Of a stretch of 64,000 bases of DNA, positions 40,572 to 49,992 are shown piece by piece. This stretch comes from an uncultured Armatimonadetes bacterium (lineage in GTDB: Bacteria > Armatimonadota > Hebobacteria > Hebobacterales > Hebobacteraceae). The stretch lies in contig OY970296.1 of NCBI GenBank assembly GCA_963716175.1, positions 4,480,001 to 4,544,000 of the forward strand, in the 5' to 3' direction. The notes below the pieces were generated by a model. The model saw only the letters and a program-made list of their open reading frames with translations, had not been told where the DNA came from and searched no databases. Position numbers and translations under genes: made by a program. The stretch's first letter is position 1; every line of letters begins with the position of its first letter.

Positions 40572-41435
40572 CTAGCCGCTGCTCTCTGCCTCCTGGATCT
40601 GCCGCAGCGTGCGGCCGGCCGCGTCCACCCAGGCGGTGCGGCCGTTGGCCTCCTGGCCTAGCACCAGCCCCGCGGCAGTCGACGGTGACTTGAACACATA
40701 ATCCTGGGCGAACACCAGCTTCTCGCCCTCCCCCACCAGCACCCCCTGCGCCAGCAGCTCATCCCGGAGGTTCGCCAGTCCCGGTCGCGCCGAAGGCGAC
40801 GAGGTCGGCGATGCCTGTGAGCCCGCTGCCACCACGAAGCCCTGCGGTGAATCGTACCCTCGGGCCGCCACCTTCTGACTCCGCAGCGTGAGCATGGTCC
40901 GGCCGGCCTCCGCCGCCGGGGCCGGCTCGAACACGGTCAGGCCGAACACCAGAAGCAGGCTGAGGATGTCTGCGAGAAAGGTCTCGGCATCCTGTCTGTC
41001 GGCCTCCGTCAAGGCCGGCTCGCGTGGGATGTTCAGGTTATCGAGCCTGGACCGCCGGGCCTCGCGTGCCCGCTGCACCAGCCGCGACTCCAGGTACTGC
41101 ACGTGAGCGGTGTTGAGCGAGCCATCCTTGGAGACGAAGGCCACTGCCCAGGTCCAGAAGTCTCTGTTGGCATACTGCTGCTCCAGCCGGAGCCGCAGAG
41201 GATCTCCCTGCCCAACATAGATAGTGGAGAGATCGCCTTCCTCGGAGGGACCGACCAGCACATAGACGCCTGCGCGCCCAAACTCATCCCGGCTCTTGGC
41301 GGTGGGGAAGAGCGCCCGAGGACAGACCAGGCCGAGGCCGGTCCAATGTGACTTCTCGACCAATCGCAGCCCGGCAGGATTGCCATCAGGCACAAAGATG
41401 CGCAGTGAAAATGGGTGCGACGGGGAGGTGGTCAT
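40572..41435 (-). CDS. GIY-YIG nuclease family protein with DUF4357 C-terminal domain
   Basis: GVYVL..IYVGQG, FWTWAVAF, QYLE; QDYVFKSPSTAA..ANGRTAW. Confidence 0.85.
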   Translation of the reverse strand: MTTSPSHPFSLRIFVPDGNPAGLRLVEKSHWTGLGLVCPRALFPTAKSRDEFGRAGVYVLVGPSEEGDLSTIYVGQGDPLRLRLEQQYANRDFWTWAVAFVSKDGSLNTAHVQYLESRLVQRAREARRSRLDNLNIPREPALTEADRQDAETFLADILSLLLVFGLTVFEPAPAAEAGRTMLTLRSQKVAARGYDSPQGFVVAAGSQASPTSSPSARPGLANLRDELLAQGVLVGEGEKLVFAQDYVFKSPSTAAGLVLGQEANGRTAWVDAAGRTLRQIQEAESSG

Positions 41436-41590
41436 GAGCCCGACGGCTCCGACCGCGCCCTGTTTCCTGCAGTCCCGCTCGCGGGATCGCCTGTGCCAGC
41501 CAGTCGTCTCATCTCGCCCTCCAGGTCCAAAACCCAGGCACGCGCGAAGCGCCGCGCAGCCTGCACGTCCACCGCCTCCCAAGGCAGTGC

Positions 41591-41634
41591 GCTATCTCTA
41601 GTCTGTAGATTTCTAGAGTGCAGGCAGCTACCCT
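41591..41634 (+). promoter_or_regulatory. C-box-like operator and -10 for a leaderless HTH gene
   Basis: GCTATCTCTAGTCTGTAGATTTCTAGAG (CTCTAG..CTAGAG dyad around AGTC-TGTA-GATT); TACCCT 7 nt before GTG 41642. Confidence 0.55.
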
Positions 41635-41641
41635 TCCCGGC

Positions 41642-41872
41642 GTGGCGAGAGAGGGTCTGACAGAGCGATTCGGAGAAGTGGTCCGGCATCTTCGGAAGAA
41701 GGTCGGTCTGTCGCAGGAAAGCCTGGCGGACGTCTGCGGGCTGCACCGTACCTACATCGGTTCCATCGAGCGAGGGGAGAAGACCGTTACCATAGCGACG
41801 GCCAACAAGATCGCAGCCGCCTTCAATCTGCGGCTCTGGCAGTTGCTCAAGCGCGTAGACGAGGAGTCCTGA
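41642..41872 (+). CDS. XRE HTH regulator, restriction-modification controller (C protein)-like
   Basis: FGEVVRHLR..GLSQESLA..GLHRTYIGSIERGEK; 76 aa. Confidence 0.85.
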   Translation: MAREGLTERFGEVVRHLRKKVGLSQESLADVCGLHRTYIGSIERGEKTVTIATANKIAAAFNLRLWQLLKRVDEES

Positions 41873-41972
41873 GGCCAGGTTGGGGGTGCTTCGGCGCGAC
41901 GGTATCAGTGGCCGAAGCCAACATAGTTGGCAGGCGCTCAGCGTTACCGCGCCGACTGCCCGTGATCCTCTG

Positions 41973-42622
41973 CTACCACGGCGGGTACTTCCGGTAGTCC
42001 TCCCCCGCGCCCATGCCGCAGAGGTCGAGGCTGAGTTCCTCGATGACGGCGCGCAGCTCCAGCTCTGCGAGAAACCCAGTTGGTATCGCCGACCGGCCCC
42101 ACATCGCGCCCAGGATGTTGCCGGTGATAGCGCCAGTGCTGTCGCTGTCGCCGCTGTGGTTGACGGCGAGGCGAGTGCCATGCGCGAAGTCGCGGGCCGT
42201 TAGCGCACAGAACAGAGCGATCGCCAACGCCTCCTCAGCCACCCATCCCTCGCCCAGTTCCTCTACTGCCTCGGCTGTTGGTTCAGCATCAGAGGCGTGG
42301 CGCAGCGCGGCGTTCACCGCGGCTAGACATTCTCCGTGATGCTGCCAGGTGATGAGCTCGCCGCGGGCGGTGGTGATCGCCTCTGACAGGCCGTCCCCAT
42401 GCACGACCTGAGCGATGACCTGGGCCAGGAACCCAGCCGCCAGGTAGCCGGTGGGATGGCCATGGGTGATGGCGGCCACTCCGCAGCCCAGCCGGAATGG
42501 CTCGATGGCGATGAGACCCACCGGTGCCACCCGCATCACCCCGCCGCAGCCCTTGCTGTTGTTGATTCGGTGCCCAATGGTCCCAAAACGCCCGCTCTCC
42601 AGCGCGGTGAGGGAGGTCGTGC
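41973..42622 (-). pseudogene. ADP-ribosylglycohydrolase, 5' truncated
   Basis: NSKGCGGVMRVAP, THGHP, HSGDSDSTGAITG; N-terminal half replaced by the adjacent element. Confidence 0.82.
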
Positions 42623-42646
42623 ACCCTAGAAACTCTATCCGAGTGG

Positions 42647-43996
42647 TGTCCTCTCTATCAGAAGCTGTATCCTAGCGCTGTGATCGGTGGCGCGGGCCAA
42701 TGAGAGCGAGAACCGCGGGGGTTGAGTAGGGTTGGTGGAAGCCGCCAAACTGCAGGTGACGCACACGCGGCCATGCTGGGCCGGCCGCCCCCACCTCGCG
42801 ACGGCTGACTGATGAGGGGTTCTGTGCGCGCTACGCGGCGGCTCGGTAATAGCGGTGATGGAGTCCGCCCACCACCGGCACGGAGACGAGTTCGCCCTCG
42901 CCCGGCGGCGCCTGGGGCATCGGAGTTCCCCCGGCAAGACCCTGATGAGGGCGGGCGATGTGATAGTAGTCCTGGATGAACTCCTGCAGTAACCGCTCCA
43001 GGTGAGCTTGGTTCAGTACGATCACGTGGTCCAACAGCTCTCGCCGGAGGGTCCCGATGAAGCGCTCGATGTAGGGGTTCTGCCAGGGACTCCGGTAAGC
43101 GGTGCGCACCTCCAGAATGCCACAGGAGATCAGGAAGGCGCCCACGCCGTGGCCGTAGATGCCGTCGTTATCCCGAAAGAGGTAGCGCGGCTGGCATCCA
43201 AACGGGGTCGCCTCTCGCAGCTGCTGAATCACCCACTCCATGATCGGGTTCGGGGTGATGGCGAAGTGCAGGACCTCGCGTCGGGCATGATCCAGGATCA
43301 GGAAGACATACAGGACTTGGAAGCGCAGCGTGGTGACGGTGAAGAAGTCAATCGCCCAGGAGCAGTCGAGATGGTTCCTCAGGAACGAAAGCCAGGTGGT
43401 CGTCGCCGGGCGCGGCTTCCTGGGCTTCACCATGTACTTGCGGACCGTATCCTCTCCGGGGGCCTCGTAGCCCATCAGCAGCAGCACGTCCCGGATTCGC
43501 TCCGCACCCCACAGCGGGTTCTCCTTGCTCAGGCGCCGGATCAGTTGCTGGATCTCAAGTGCCACCGGCTTCCGGCCCGCCTTCGACTTCCATCGCCACC
43601 ACGCTCGGAAGGCCCGGGTGTGCCAGCGTTTCACCGTTTCAGGCTTCATGATATGGACGAGTTCCTGCCATCCGTCCAGGAACTTCGAGAGCACCACCCA
43701 GAGGATGCGAAAGGCGGGGCTGAATTGACTGTGTCGCTTCCGCTGGCCTGAAGAGCGATTCAGTTCGGCCGCCAACTGGCTCTGGATCGCCAAGAAGTGA
43801 GCCGCCATCACCGCCCGCGGCAGGAGCAGCGCCCAGCAGAAACTGAGAGCATACCGGAGGAGTTGGAGGAGGACACAAAAGCAGCTGCAGAGGTGCCAGA
43901 GGAAACTCGAAACCGTTTTCACGTCCCCAGGATACCCGATGAGCCGCAGCGAAACAAAACTCTTGGAAACCCTGGATAGCATTTTTCGGGGGGACA
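42647..43996 (-). mobile_element. IS-like rve element (1350 bp), TGTCC..GGACA ends
   Basis: Imperfect inverted ends TGTCCTC/TGTCCCC..TATCC around a single transposase gene; no target duplication seen. Confidence 0.7.
42831..43922 (-). CDS. Integrase-core (rve) DDE transposase
   Basis: ENPLWGAERI, WAIDFF, RDNDGIY, PWQNPYIERFIGTLRRE, GGLHHRYYRAAA. Confidence 0.9.
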   Translation of the reverse strand: MKTVSSFLWHLCSCFCVLLQLLRYALSFCWALLLPRAVMAAHFLAIQSQLAAELNRSSGQRKRHSQFSPAFRILWVVLSKFLDGWQELVHIMKPETVKRWHTRAFRAWWRWKSKAGRKPVALEIQQLIRRLSKENPLWGAERIRDVLLLMGYEAPGEDTVRKYMVKPRKPRPATTTWLSFLRNHLDCSWAIDFFTVTTLRFQVLYVFLILDHARREVLHFAITPNPIMEWVIQQLREATPFGCQPRYLFRDNDGIYGHGVGAFLISCGILEVRTAYRSPWQNPYIERFIGTLRRELLDHVIVLNQAHLERLLQEFIQDYYHIARPHQGLAGGTPMPQAPPGEGELVSVPVVGGLHHRYYRAAA

Positions 43997-44170
43997 GCGG
44001 CGTTCTTCGTCGGTGAAGCGCAGCCGGCCCGGCACCTTGCACTTGAGCGTCCGGTTCTCCAGCAGCAGGTACTCATTCTGCAGTGTCAGTTCCCGGCACA
44101 GCAACCGGGCCACGGTGGCGATCACCGGCAGGTCAACCCAGTCCACTCCCCGCTGAGCCTCCCATTCCAT
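43997..44170 (-). pseudogene. N-terminal fragment of another rve transposase, cut by the 42647-43996 element
   Basis: ELTLQNEYLLLENRTLK..RLRFTDEERR ends exactly at the element end. Confidence 0.6.
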
Positions 44171-44285
44171 TCTCGGTACCTCCCGCGATAGGGCTATCAG
44201 CGAGTGCCGAGAATACCACGAGGGAGGCTGCAGGAGCACCCTGGAAGCCGGATGAGTTTCCTGACACGACGAGTGAGGTGCGGCA

Positions 44286-46964
44286 ATGGGCAGAGGAATC
44301 CTGTTGGCGGCGGTGGCTCTCATGGCGGCGACGGTGGCTCTCGCTGCGCCGCAGGTGCTGATCGATACCGACTTCGGCACTCCGGGCAGGCCCTTCTCGG
44401 ACGTCAATGCCGACAGGGGCAACAGCATCACCGGGTCGCTGCCGGAGGGCTGGGGCGAGAACTCCGGATGGAAGAGCAAAGTGGTCGCCACCTACACGCC
44501 TACGACCGAAGATGGCCGCGGCTTCCTGCGCGTCAGTCAGACTTCGGGGGATGGGCTGCAGTTCACCCATGCGCTGCCGGGAATCGAGCAGGAGCCGGGC
44601 TACTACCGCCTGAGCTTCACCGCCCGCAGCGTGGTCGGCGGCAGCCTTGGCGTGCGCTTCATCGGAGGCCCGTACACGACGGTGTGGTCGGTGGACCCCG
44701 CGCTGGATGGGCAGTGGCGCGACTACTCCTACGACATTCGGCTCTCGGAGCAGCCGCAGGAACTCGGCCTGTTCTTCTACCTCTCGGGCAACGGCACACT
44801 CGACCTGCAGAAGCTGAAGATGGTGAAGCTCGGAGAGCAGGACCTGATCGAGGAGATCAAGGCCAGGTACCCGGAGGCCGGCACCGGCAATCTGCTGAAG
44901 CTCTCACGCTTCCCGCTGGGTCTGCAGAGCGGCTGGTCGATCGACCGCGACTACTCGGACGGCGACGAGGTGCAGGTGGACAGCGATCCGAAGGTGCCCG
45001 GCCCCAGCGGCATCTCCGCGCTGCGCGTCAATGCACCCGACGGCATACGCATCTACAGCGCCCCGTTTGCCGTGCCTTGGAGCTTTGAGCCGCACGTGCT
45101 CAGCCTCTCCGTGCGCGGACACTGGGATGGGCGGCTGATCGTCGCCGGAGGCAAGGGCGACATCTGTGGAGAGTTGCCAGTCAAGATCAGCGGTGACCAA
45201 TGGCAGCGCGTCGGACTGACCTTCAAGCCGATCCTGCTCGCCCCGAGCCACCACCTGCAGATCGAGGGCAAAGGCACGCTGTGGATCGACGAGTTGCAGG
45301 TCGAGCATGCGACCAAGGCGACCGCCTACATGCCACAGAATGCCGTCGAGGTATCGCTGGCCTTGCCGCCGTCTGAGGCCGTCTCCGCGCGGGTGTTGTT
45401 CGAGGGTGAGCCGCTCGGGATGAACTATGCCATCGTCGGCCCCTGCAACGGCGGGCTGCTGAAGAGCCGGCTGGTGACGCTGTACGGTGATGAGAAGCTG
45501 CTGCCCACGGTGAAGCTCGCGGGAGGCAACCTGCAGACGGGGACGCTGACCTTCGAGGCCTTCAAGCAGCATCCGCTGGGGGCGTACCGCCTCGAGGCCT
45601 GGGTGGAGGATGCGACGGGCAGGGAGCTGAGCGCGGAAAACGAGGTCGTCTTCTACCGCCTCCATCGCCCGCGCTACTGGGGCAAGGACGCGCCGAACTC
45701 GTTCTTCGGGACCCACTCCCTTTCGACCAATCGGCACTTGCAGATGGCCAAGGCCGTAGGATGCAACTGGATGCGCCTGCACGACGCAGGCACCGAGTAT
45801 ACCGGTTGGTCATTCCTGGAGCCCGAGAAGGGCAAGTGGCAGTTCCGCGACGCCGACCTGCAGCGCTATCGCGACCACAACCTCAAGATCCTGGGACTGC
45901 TGTCCACCAGCCCCGGCTGGGCGAGCAACTGGGGCAAGCCCGCGACCGACTACTTCGACCGCTACCTCGAGCCACTGAACATGGAGGACTGGGCCAACGC
46001 GGTGCGGACCATCGTCGCGCGCTACCGCGACATGATCGACAGCTACGAGATCTGGAATGAACCGTGGGGCACTTCGTTCTGGTACCTGAAGTGGGATGAG
46101 AACCATGGCGAAAGCTGGGACGACCATTTCATCCCCAGCGACACACCCGCGATCGACTACGCCCTCCTGCAGAAAGTAGCCTATGCAGCCGCGCACGAGG
46201 TCTTCCCGAGGGTGACCATCGTGGGCTTCAACACCTACGGCGCGGAGAATGGGACGAAGTGGACCAGGGAGGTCATGGAGAACGGCGGCCTGGACACCTG
46301 TGATGCCATCTCCTACCACCACTACGAGAGCACCATGACCGGCTATCCCGGCGATGCCACCGACAAGGCCTACCATGCGGCGATGGCCCCGATTCTCGAG
46401 AAGGAGGGGCGGGTGCCGAAGCCGGTGTGGATGAGCGAGGGCGCGCCCTTGTCCGGTGACGTGTCCAACGGTTTCTACCGCTACACGCTGCCCTACGAGA
46501 ATGGCAACGACAACTGGCGGATCGCCGACCGGCTGGTGCGCTACCTCGTCAGCCGCCGCGCGACGGGTGAGAAGCACGGGTTCCTGTACACGATGCACGG
46601 GATCAGCACCTTCGGCGGCCCGGTGGACTGGACGACGCTCGTCACCGCTGAGGGGTACCTGCATCCCAGCGCCGCCGCGCACAGCGCGCTGGCGTGGCTG
46701 ACGGAAGATACTGACTTCGTGAAGCGGGGAATGCTGGCCGATGGCGTGTATGCCTATCTCTTCGGTGGGCCCGCGCGCTCGGTTGCGGTGATCACCAGCG
46801 CCCCGTTGCACGCCCCGTACAAGCTGCCAAAGTCGCCTGAGGTGCAGCTATGTGACCTGTTCGGTAACCCGCTTGCCGCAGGGGCGGCCATCGACAACCA
46901 TGTGAGCTATGTGGTGTCCACGCAAGGGCTGGCGAAGCTGCAGGCGGCGCTGCGCATGAAGTAG
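44286..46964 (+). CDS. Secreted clan GH-A glycoside hydrolase (GH39/GH5-like) with CBM-like N-terminal domains
   Basis: GAGG RBS, signal peptide; W..LEPEKG.W, YEIWNEP, ISYH, PVWMSEG. Confidence 0.8.
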   Translation: MGRGILLAAVALMAATVALAAPQVLIDTDFGTPGRPFSDVNADRGNSITGSLPEGWGENSGWKSKVVATYTPTTEDGRGFLRVSQTSGDGLQFTHALPGIEQEPGYYRLSFTARSVVGGSLGVRFIGGPYTTVWSVDPALDGQWRDYSYDIRLSEQPQELGLFFYLSGNGTLDLQKLKMVKLGEQDLIEEIKARYPEAGTGNLLKLSRFPLGLQSGWSIDRDYSDGDEVQVDSDPKVPGPSGISALRVNAPDGIRIYSAPFAVPWSFEPHVLSLSVRGHWDGRLIVAGGKGDICGELPVKISGDQWQRVGLTFKPILLAPSHHLQIEGKGTLWIDELQVEHATKATAYMPQNAVEVSLALPPSEAVSARVLFEGEPLGMNYAIVGPCNGGLLKSRLVTLYGDEKLLPTVKLAGGNLQTGTLTFEAFKQHPLGAYRLEAWVEDATGRELSAENEVVFYRLHRPRYWGKDAPNSFFGTHSLSTNRHLQMAKAVGCNWMRLHDAGTEYTGWSFLEPEKGKWQFRDADLQRYRDHNLKILGLLSTSPGWASNWGKPATDYFDRYLEPLNMEDWANAVRTIVARYRDMIDSYEIWNEPWGTSFWYLKWDENHGESWDDHFIPSDTPAIDYALLQKVAYAAAHEVFPRVTIVGFNTYGAENGTKWTREVMENGGLDTCDAISYHHYESTMTGYPGDATDKAYHAAMAPILEKEGRVPKPVWMSEGAPLSGDVSNGFYRYTLPYENGNDNWRIADRLVRYLVSRRATGEKHGFLYTMHGISTFGGPVDWTTLVTAEGYLHPSAAAHSALAWLTEDTDFVKRGMLADGVYAYLFGGPARSVAVITSAPLHAPYKLPKSPEVQLCDLFGNPLAAGAAIDNHVSYVVSTQGLAKLQAALRMK

Positions 46965-47039
46965 ATGCCTATGAAGACGATCGGATGGAAGATGCACGAT
47001 CGCAAAGGGAAACCATGGGTCGTCTGCTCTGGGTCATGA

Positions 47040-49608
47040 TGTGGGTGTCAGGCGGCGATGGAACCACCTGCGTGTGTCAAACGGCGATGGAACCGCCGTG
47101 AAGACCGCCTCAGACCCGTTCGCGCCCGTCGCAGCGGTTTCATCGCCGCGCAACAGGCTCAGAGAGTTCTGCGATCATCTCCGCGATCTTCTGTCGCCAT
47201 TCATCGCAGGTCAGGTTCGTCTCCTGCCGCAGCGATGCACCAGGCGTCCCCCACGGCATCGAGTTGAGCAGCTGCGAGAACTGCCGCTGCATGTGTTCTG
47301 CACGGGCGCGCCGGTCGGGCTGCTCTTCCACGCGATGGATCGCCTGGGCCAGGGTGGCGGCATAGCGATAGTCATACCACCCCTGCCTGATCGCCTCCCA
47401 GTGCGGCGTGTCGAGGTTCTCGCCGGGATGCTCCGGGTCGGGGTAGGTGATGCACGGCTGGCTCTCCGTCCGGGAGAAGTCGTCGAAGGGGCTGGGACCT
47501 TCAGGGCGCTGAAACGTCCAGCTGAACGTGCCCTCCGCGCCCGACTTGTAGTAGAGGAATCCCGTGATCCAGCGATTGGACAGCAGATTGCCCGCCTGCG
47601 CGTCATAGCTGCCTGACGCGTAGAACCAGATGTGCTGACCCTGCTGCCTCGCCTCCCGCCGGAACTGTTCGGCGATGGTGGGCACGTCCGCGAATTGGCT
47701 GCCGACACAGTGATAGGTTAGCGGCCGGCCGATCGGATCGCTAGGCAGATCGCTCGAAGTGCAGTAGCTGAGCAGGCCGGCCTCTGCCACGGCGTGATAC
47801 TGGAAGCGGAAAAGCTCCGGGCTGCCGGGCTTCCAGTATCCGGGCTCATCGAGCCCGACGTAGACCCACTTGCCCCAGCCGCGCGCCCTCCACTCTTTGT
47901 CGAATGCCCGCAGCGCCTCTAGGTAGGCAGCGCCGACTTTCGCGGGCCAGGTGTCCGCGTGTCGCTGCATCACTTCAGGGTCCACGCCCAAGTGCTGGGC
48001 CAGCCGATCTTCGATCTGCCACCACTCGATGAGAAGTGGGCCCCGCAGTCCTACCCGCTGGGTCATCGGCACGGCGCGGTCGAGTTCGGGCGAGAGATGC
48101 CATCCGACGACCCGCTCACCGTCCCAGACTGGGTCGCCGACAGTTGTCTCCAGCAGAAGCGAATCAATGCCGTGCGCTTTCATGTCGGACAGTTCGCGCG
48201 CCACCTGCTGGTCGGTCTGCTCGGTCCACCGCCAGCAGTCCGCGTACAGCCCCCACGTGCGCCAGGCCGGATCGACCAGCGTGAACGGTAGCACGCGAAC
48301 CTGAACCGGGAGGACATGCGGCCCGGCGGGAGTGTCCGCAGTGAGCGTCCCTCGATAGTCGCCAGGCGCCGCGTCCGCGGGTATGGTGACCCTCAGCCAG
48401 AACGCGCTCGTCTGACCGGCCATCGCTGTCGCACCACTCGGGCGCGCCCAGAGCGAGTCCGCGACCAGCCGGAAGGTCCTGCCTCGCCCGTAGTAGTTCG
48501 TCTTCCGGGGCGCATAGCGCACCTCGAACCACTCGAACCTCGTAGCGAGGGGGCGGCCCCCAGCAGACTTGAGCTCTGACAGTGTGAGCGTCAGGTTCTC
48601 GAGCGTCGTCGGTGTGAACAGCCCAGCCGCTGCGATCAGCACCTCGCCCGGTGTGCCGGTCAAGCCGATTGGCTGCCCTAACTCCTTGTCGGTGGGCGCG
48701 CTCCAGGGGAAGAGGCGATCCGGGTTCCTCCGATGGTAGAACACCGCTGCCGAGGGCGCCTTGGGCTCCGGTTCGCGGGGCAAGTCGGCCCATTGGTCCT
48801 TGCCGGTATCAACCACAGACAGCCCGGCACCGGCATCGACCTGCACCTCGCGGAGGCTGATCCGCCTGATGGAGACTCCACCCTTCGCCGCGTTCAGGCC
48901 CAACGAGATCCTAGCCTCCGTCGCCTGGTCACCGGCGCAGAAGAAGCTCCGGTGTTGCTGCCAGCCGGGGAGTAGCCTCACCTCTTCAACCAGATAGGCG
49001 CCGAGGTCCCGTTCGCCGGGCGCGAGCGGCTCCACCCATCCGCTCAGCCCCAACTCATCGGAGGCCGCAGCGAGAACCGTGTCAGGGGCGAACTGGAACT
49101 GCATCTCCAGCACGTAGAGCCGGCCCCCGGCGAGCGGGACCCTCACCGAGAACCCGTCGCCCGGCGCAAGGTGCAGGGCGGGCTCGCCGTCGATAAGGGC
49201 GATCTGAGTTCGGGCTTTCAACCGCCACGCCCGGGACCCCGGCGCGCCAGCGACCGGCGGCAGCAGATTTCCGGTTCCTTGCTGGATGAGCGGGCGGATA
49301 TCGTAAGGCAGACCCCACGACGAACCGGCTGTAGCACCGCCGACCCTTGACGGAAGGAAGAGCACGAACAGACAGATGGCGAGTCCCGACCGACCATGCC
49401 CCATGAACCACTTCCTCCTCGTACCAAAGTACCAGACGAAGACACATCTGCAAAGACAGAGGCTGGGCGCCTCGCCCCGGCGTCCAGCCCGTGCTATATG
49501 CCACAACTGCAACCTCCGGGCCTTGCCCCCACTCTTCTACCACCCGGGGCCTAGAGCGGCGCGTCTGCAGCTAGTATGAGACGGTTCCAGCGGCCCTTAG
49601 CAGCCGCA
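47040..49608. mobile_element. Non-autonomous cassette: inverted 29-bp ends around one cargo gene
   Basis: Tandem left ends 47040-47068 and 47069-47097; inverted right end 49580-49608; no transposase inside. Confidence 0.6.
47140..49404 (-). CDS. Secreted putative glycoside hydrolase (GH123/DUF4091-like)
   Basis: GAGGAGG RBS, signal peptide; W..V.IP.DAAPG.Y.G, LDEP, C-terminal YP..WEAIRQG.YDYRY. Confidence 0.72.
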   Translation of the reverse strand: MGHGRSGLAICLFVLFLPSRVGGATAGSSWGLPYDIRPLIQQGTGNLLPPVAGAPGSRAWRLKARTQIALIDGEPALHLAPGDGFSVRVPLAGGRLYVLEMQFQFAPDTVLAAASDELGLSGWVEPLAPGERDLGAYLVEEVRLLPGWQQHRSFFCAGDQATEARISLGLNAAKGGVSIRRISLREVQVDAGAGLSVVDTGKDQWADLPREPEPKAPSAAVFYHRRNPDRLFPWSAPTDKELGQPIGLTGTPGEVLIAAAGLFTPTTLENLTLTLSELKSAGGRPLATRFEWFEVRYAPRKTNYYGRGRTFRLVADSLWARPSGATAMAGQTSAFWLRVTIPADAAPGDYRGTLTADTPAGPHVLPVQVRVLPFTLVDPAWRTWGLYADCWRWTEQTDQQVARELSDMKAHGIDSLLLETTVGDPVWDGERVVGWHLSPELDRAVPMTQRVGLRGPLLIEWWQIEDRLAQHLGVDPEVMQRHADTWPAKVGAAYLEALRAFDKEWRARGWGKWVYVGLDEPGYWKPGSPELFRFQYHAVAEAGLLSYCTSSDLPSDPIGRPLTYHCVGSQFADVPTIAEQFRREARQQGQHIWFYASGSYDAQAGNLLSNRWITGFLYYKSGAEGTFSWTFQRPEGPSPFDDFSRTESQPCITYPDPEHPGENLDTPHWEAIRQGWYDYRYAATLAQAIHRVEEQPDRRARAEHMQRQFSQLLNSMPWGTPGASLRQETNLTCDEWRQKIAEMIAELSEPVARR

Positions 49609-49654
49609 AGCGGCTGAACTCCGACGCGAGGTGCAGACACTACTCGCGTCCACC

Positions 49655-49873
49655 TGTGGTTGTTAAGTGGTAATGGAACCGCCTAGAACAGCCTCTCCGG
49701 GTCCGGACGATGGAGCGGAGGGCGGATGGGCGGAGGGACACTGGTACCGGGATCCCACATATGCTTAGCTGGGATTAGAGTGGCGCGCCGTCTGGCGTCT
49801 GGCCAACTGCCGGCATGGCATTCGCCGCGCCCTAGCCTGCCAAAACCGGTCTCATTGGCGCCTAACAACCACA
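49655..49873. mobile_element. MITE (219 bp) with 29-bp inverted ends
   Basis: TGTGGTTGTTAAGTGGTAATGGAACC and (reverse) TGTGGTTGTTAGGCGCCAATGAGACC. Confidence 0.7.
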
Positions 49874-49992
49874 GCCGCGGCCACGAACGCGCCCAGGCGT
49901 AGGTACTGCGGAAGCGATTCGCCTGAGCCCCTGGCGAACTCGCTGAGGCCTTTTCGCCACCGTGCTGCGTCTACAATAGCAGGAGACGAGCA

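Noticed and set aside
47040-47097. Possible CRISPR repeat (29 bp)
   Set aside because: Two adjacent units with no spacer and no cas genes
49595-49668. attC-like hairpin (CCTTAGC..GTTAAGT) and other GTTRRRY boxes
   Set aside because: The symmetry comes from two back-to-back element ends; no unpaired central spacer pattern, no cassette array, and no recognisable IntI
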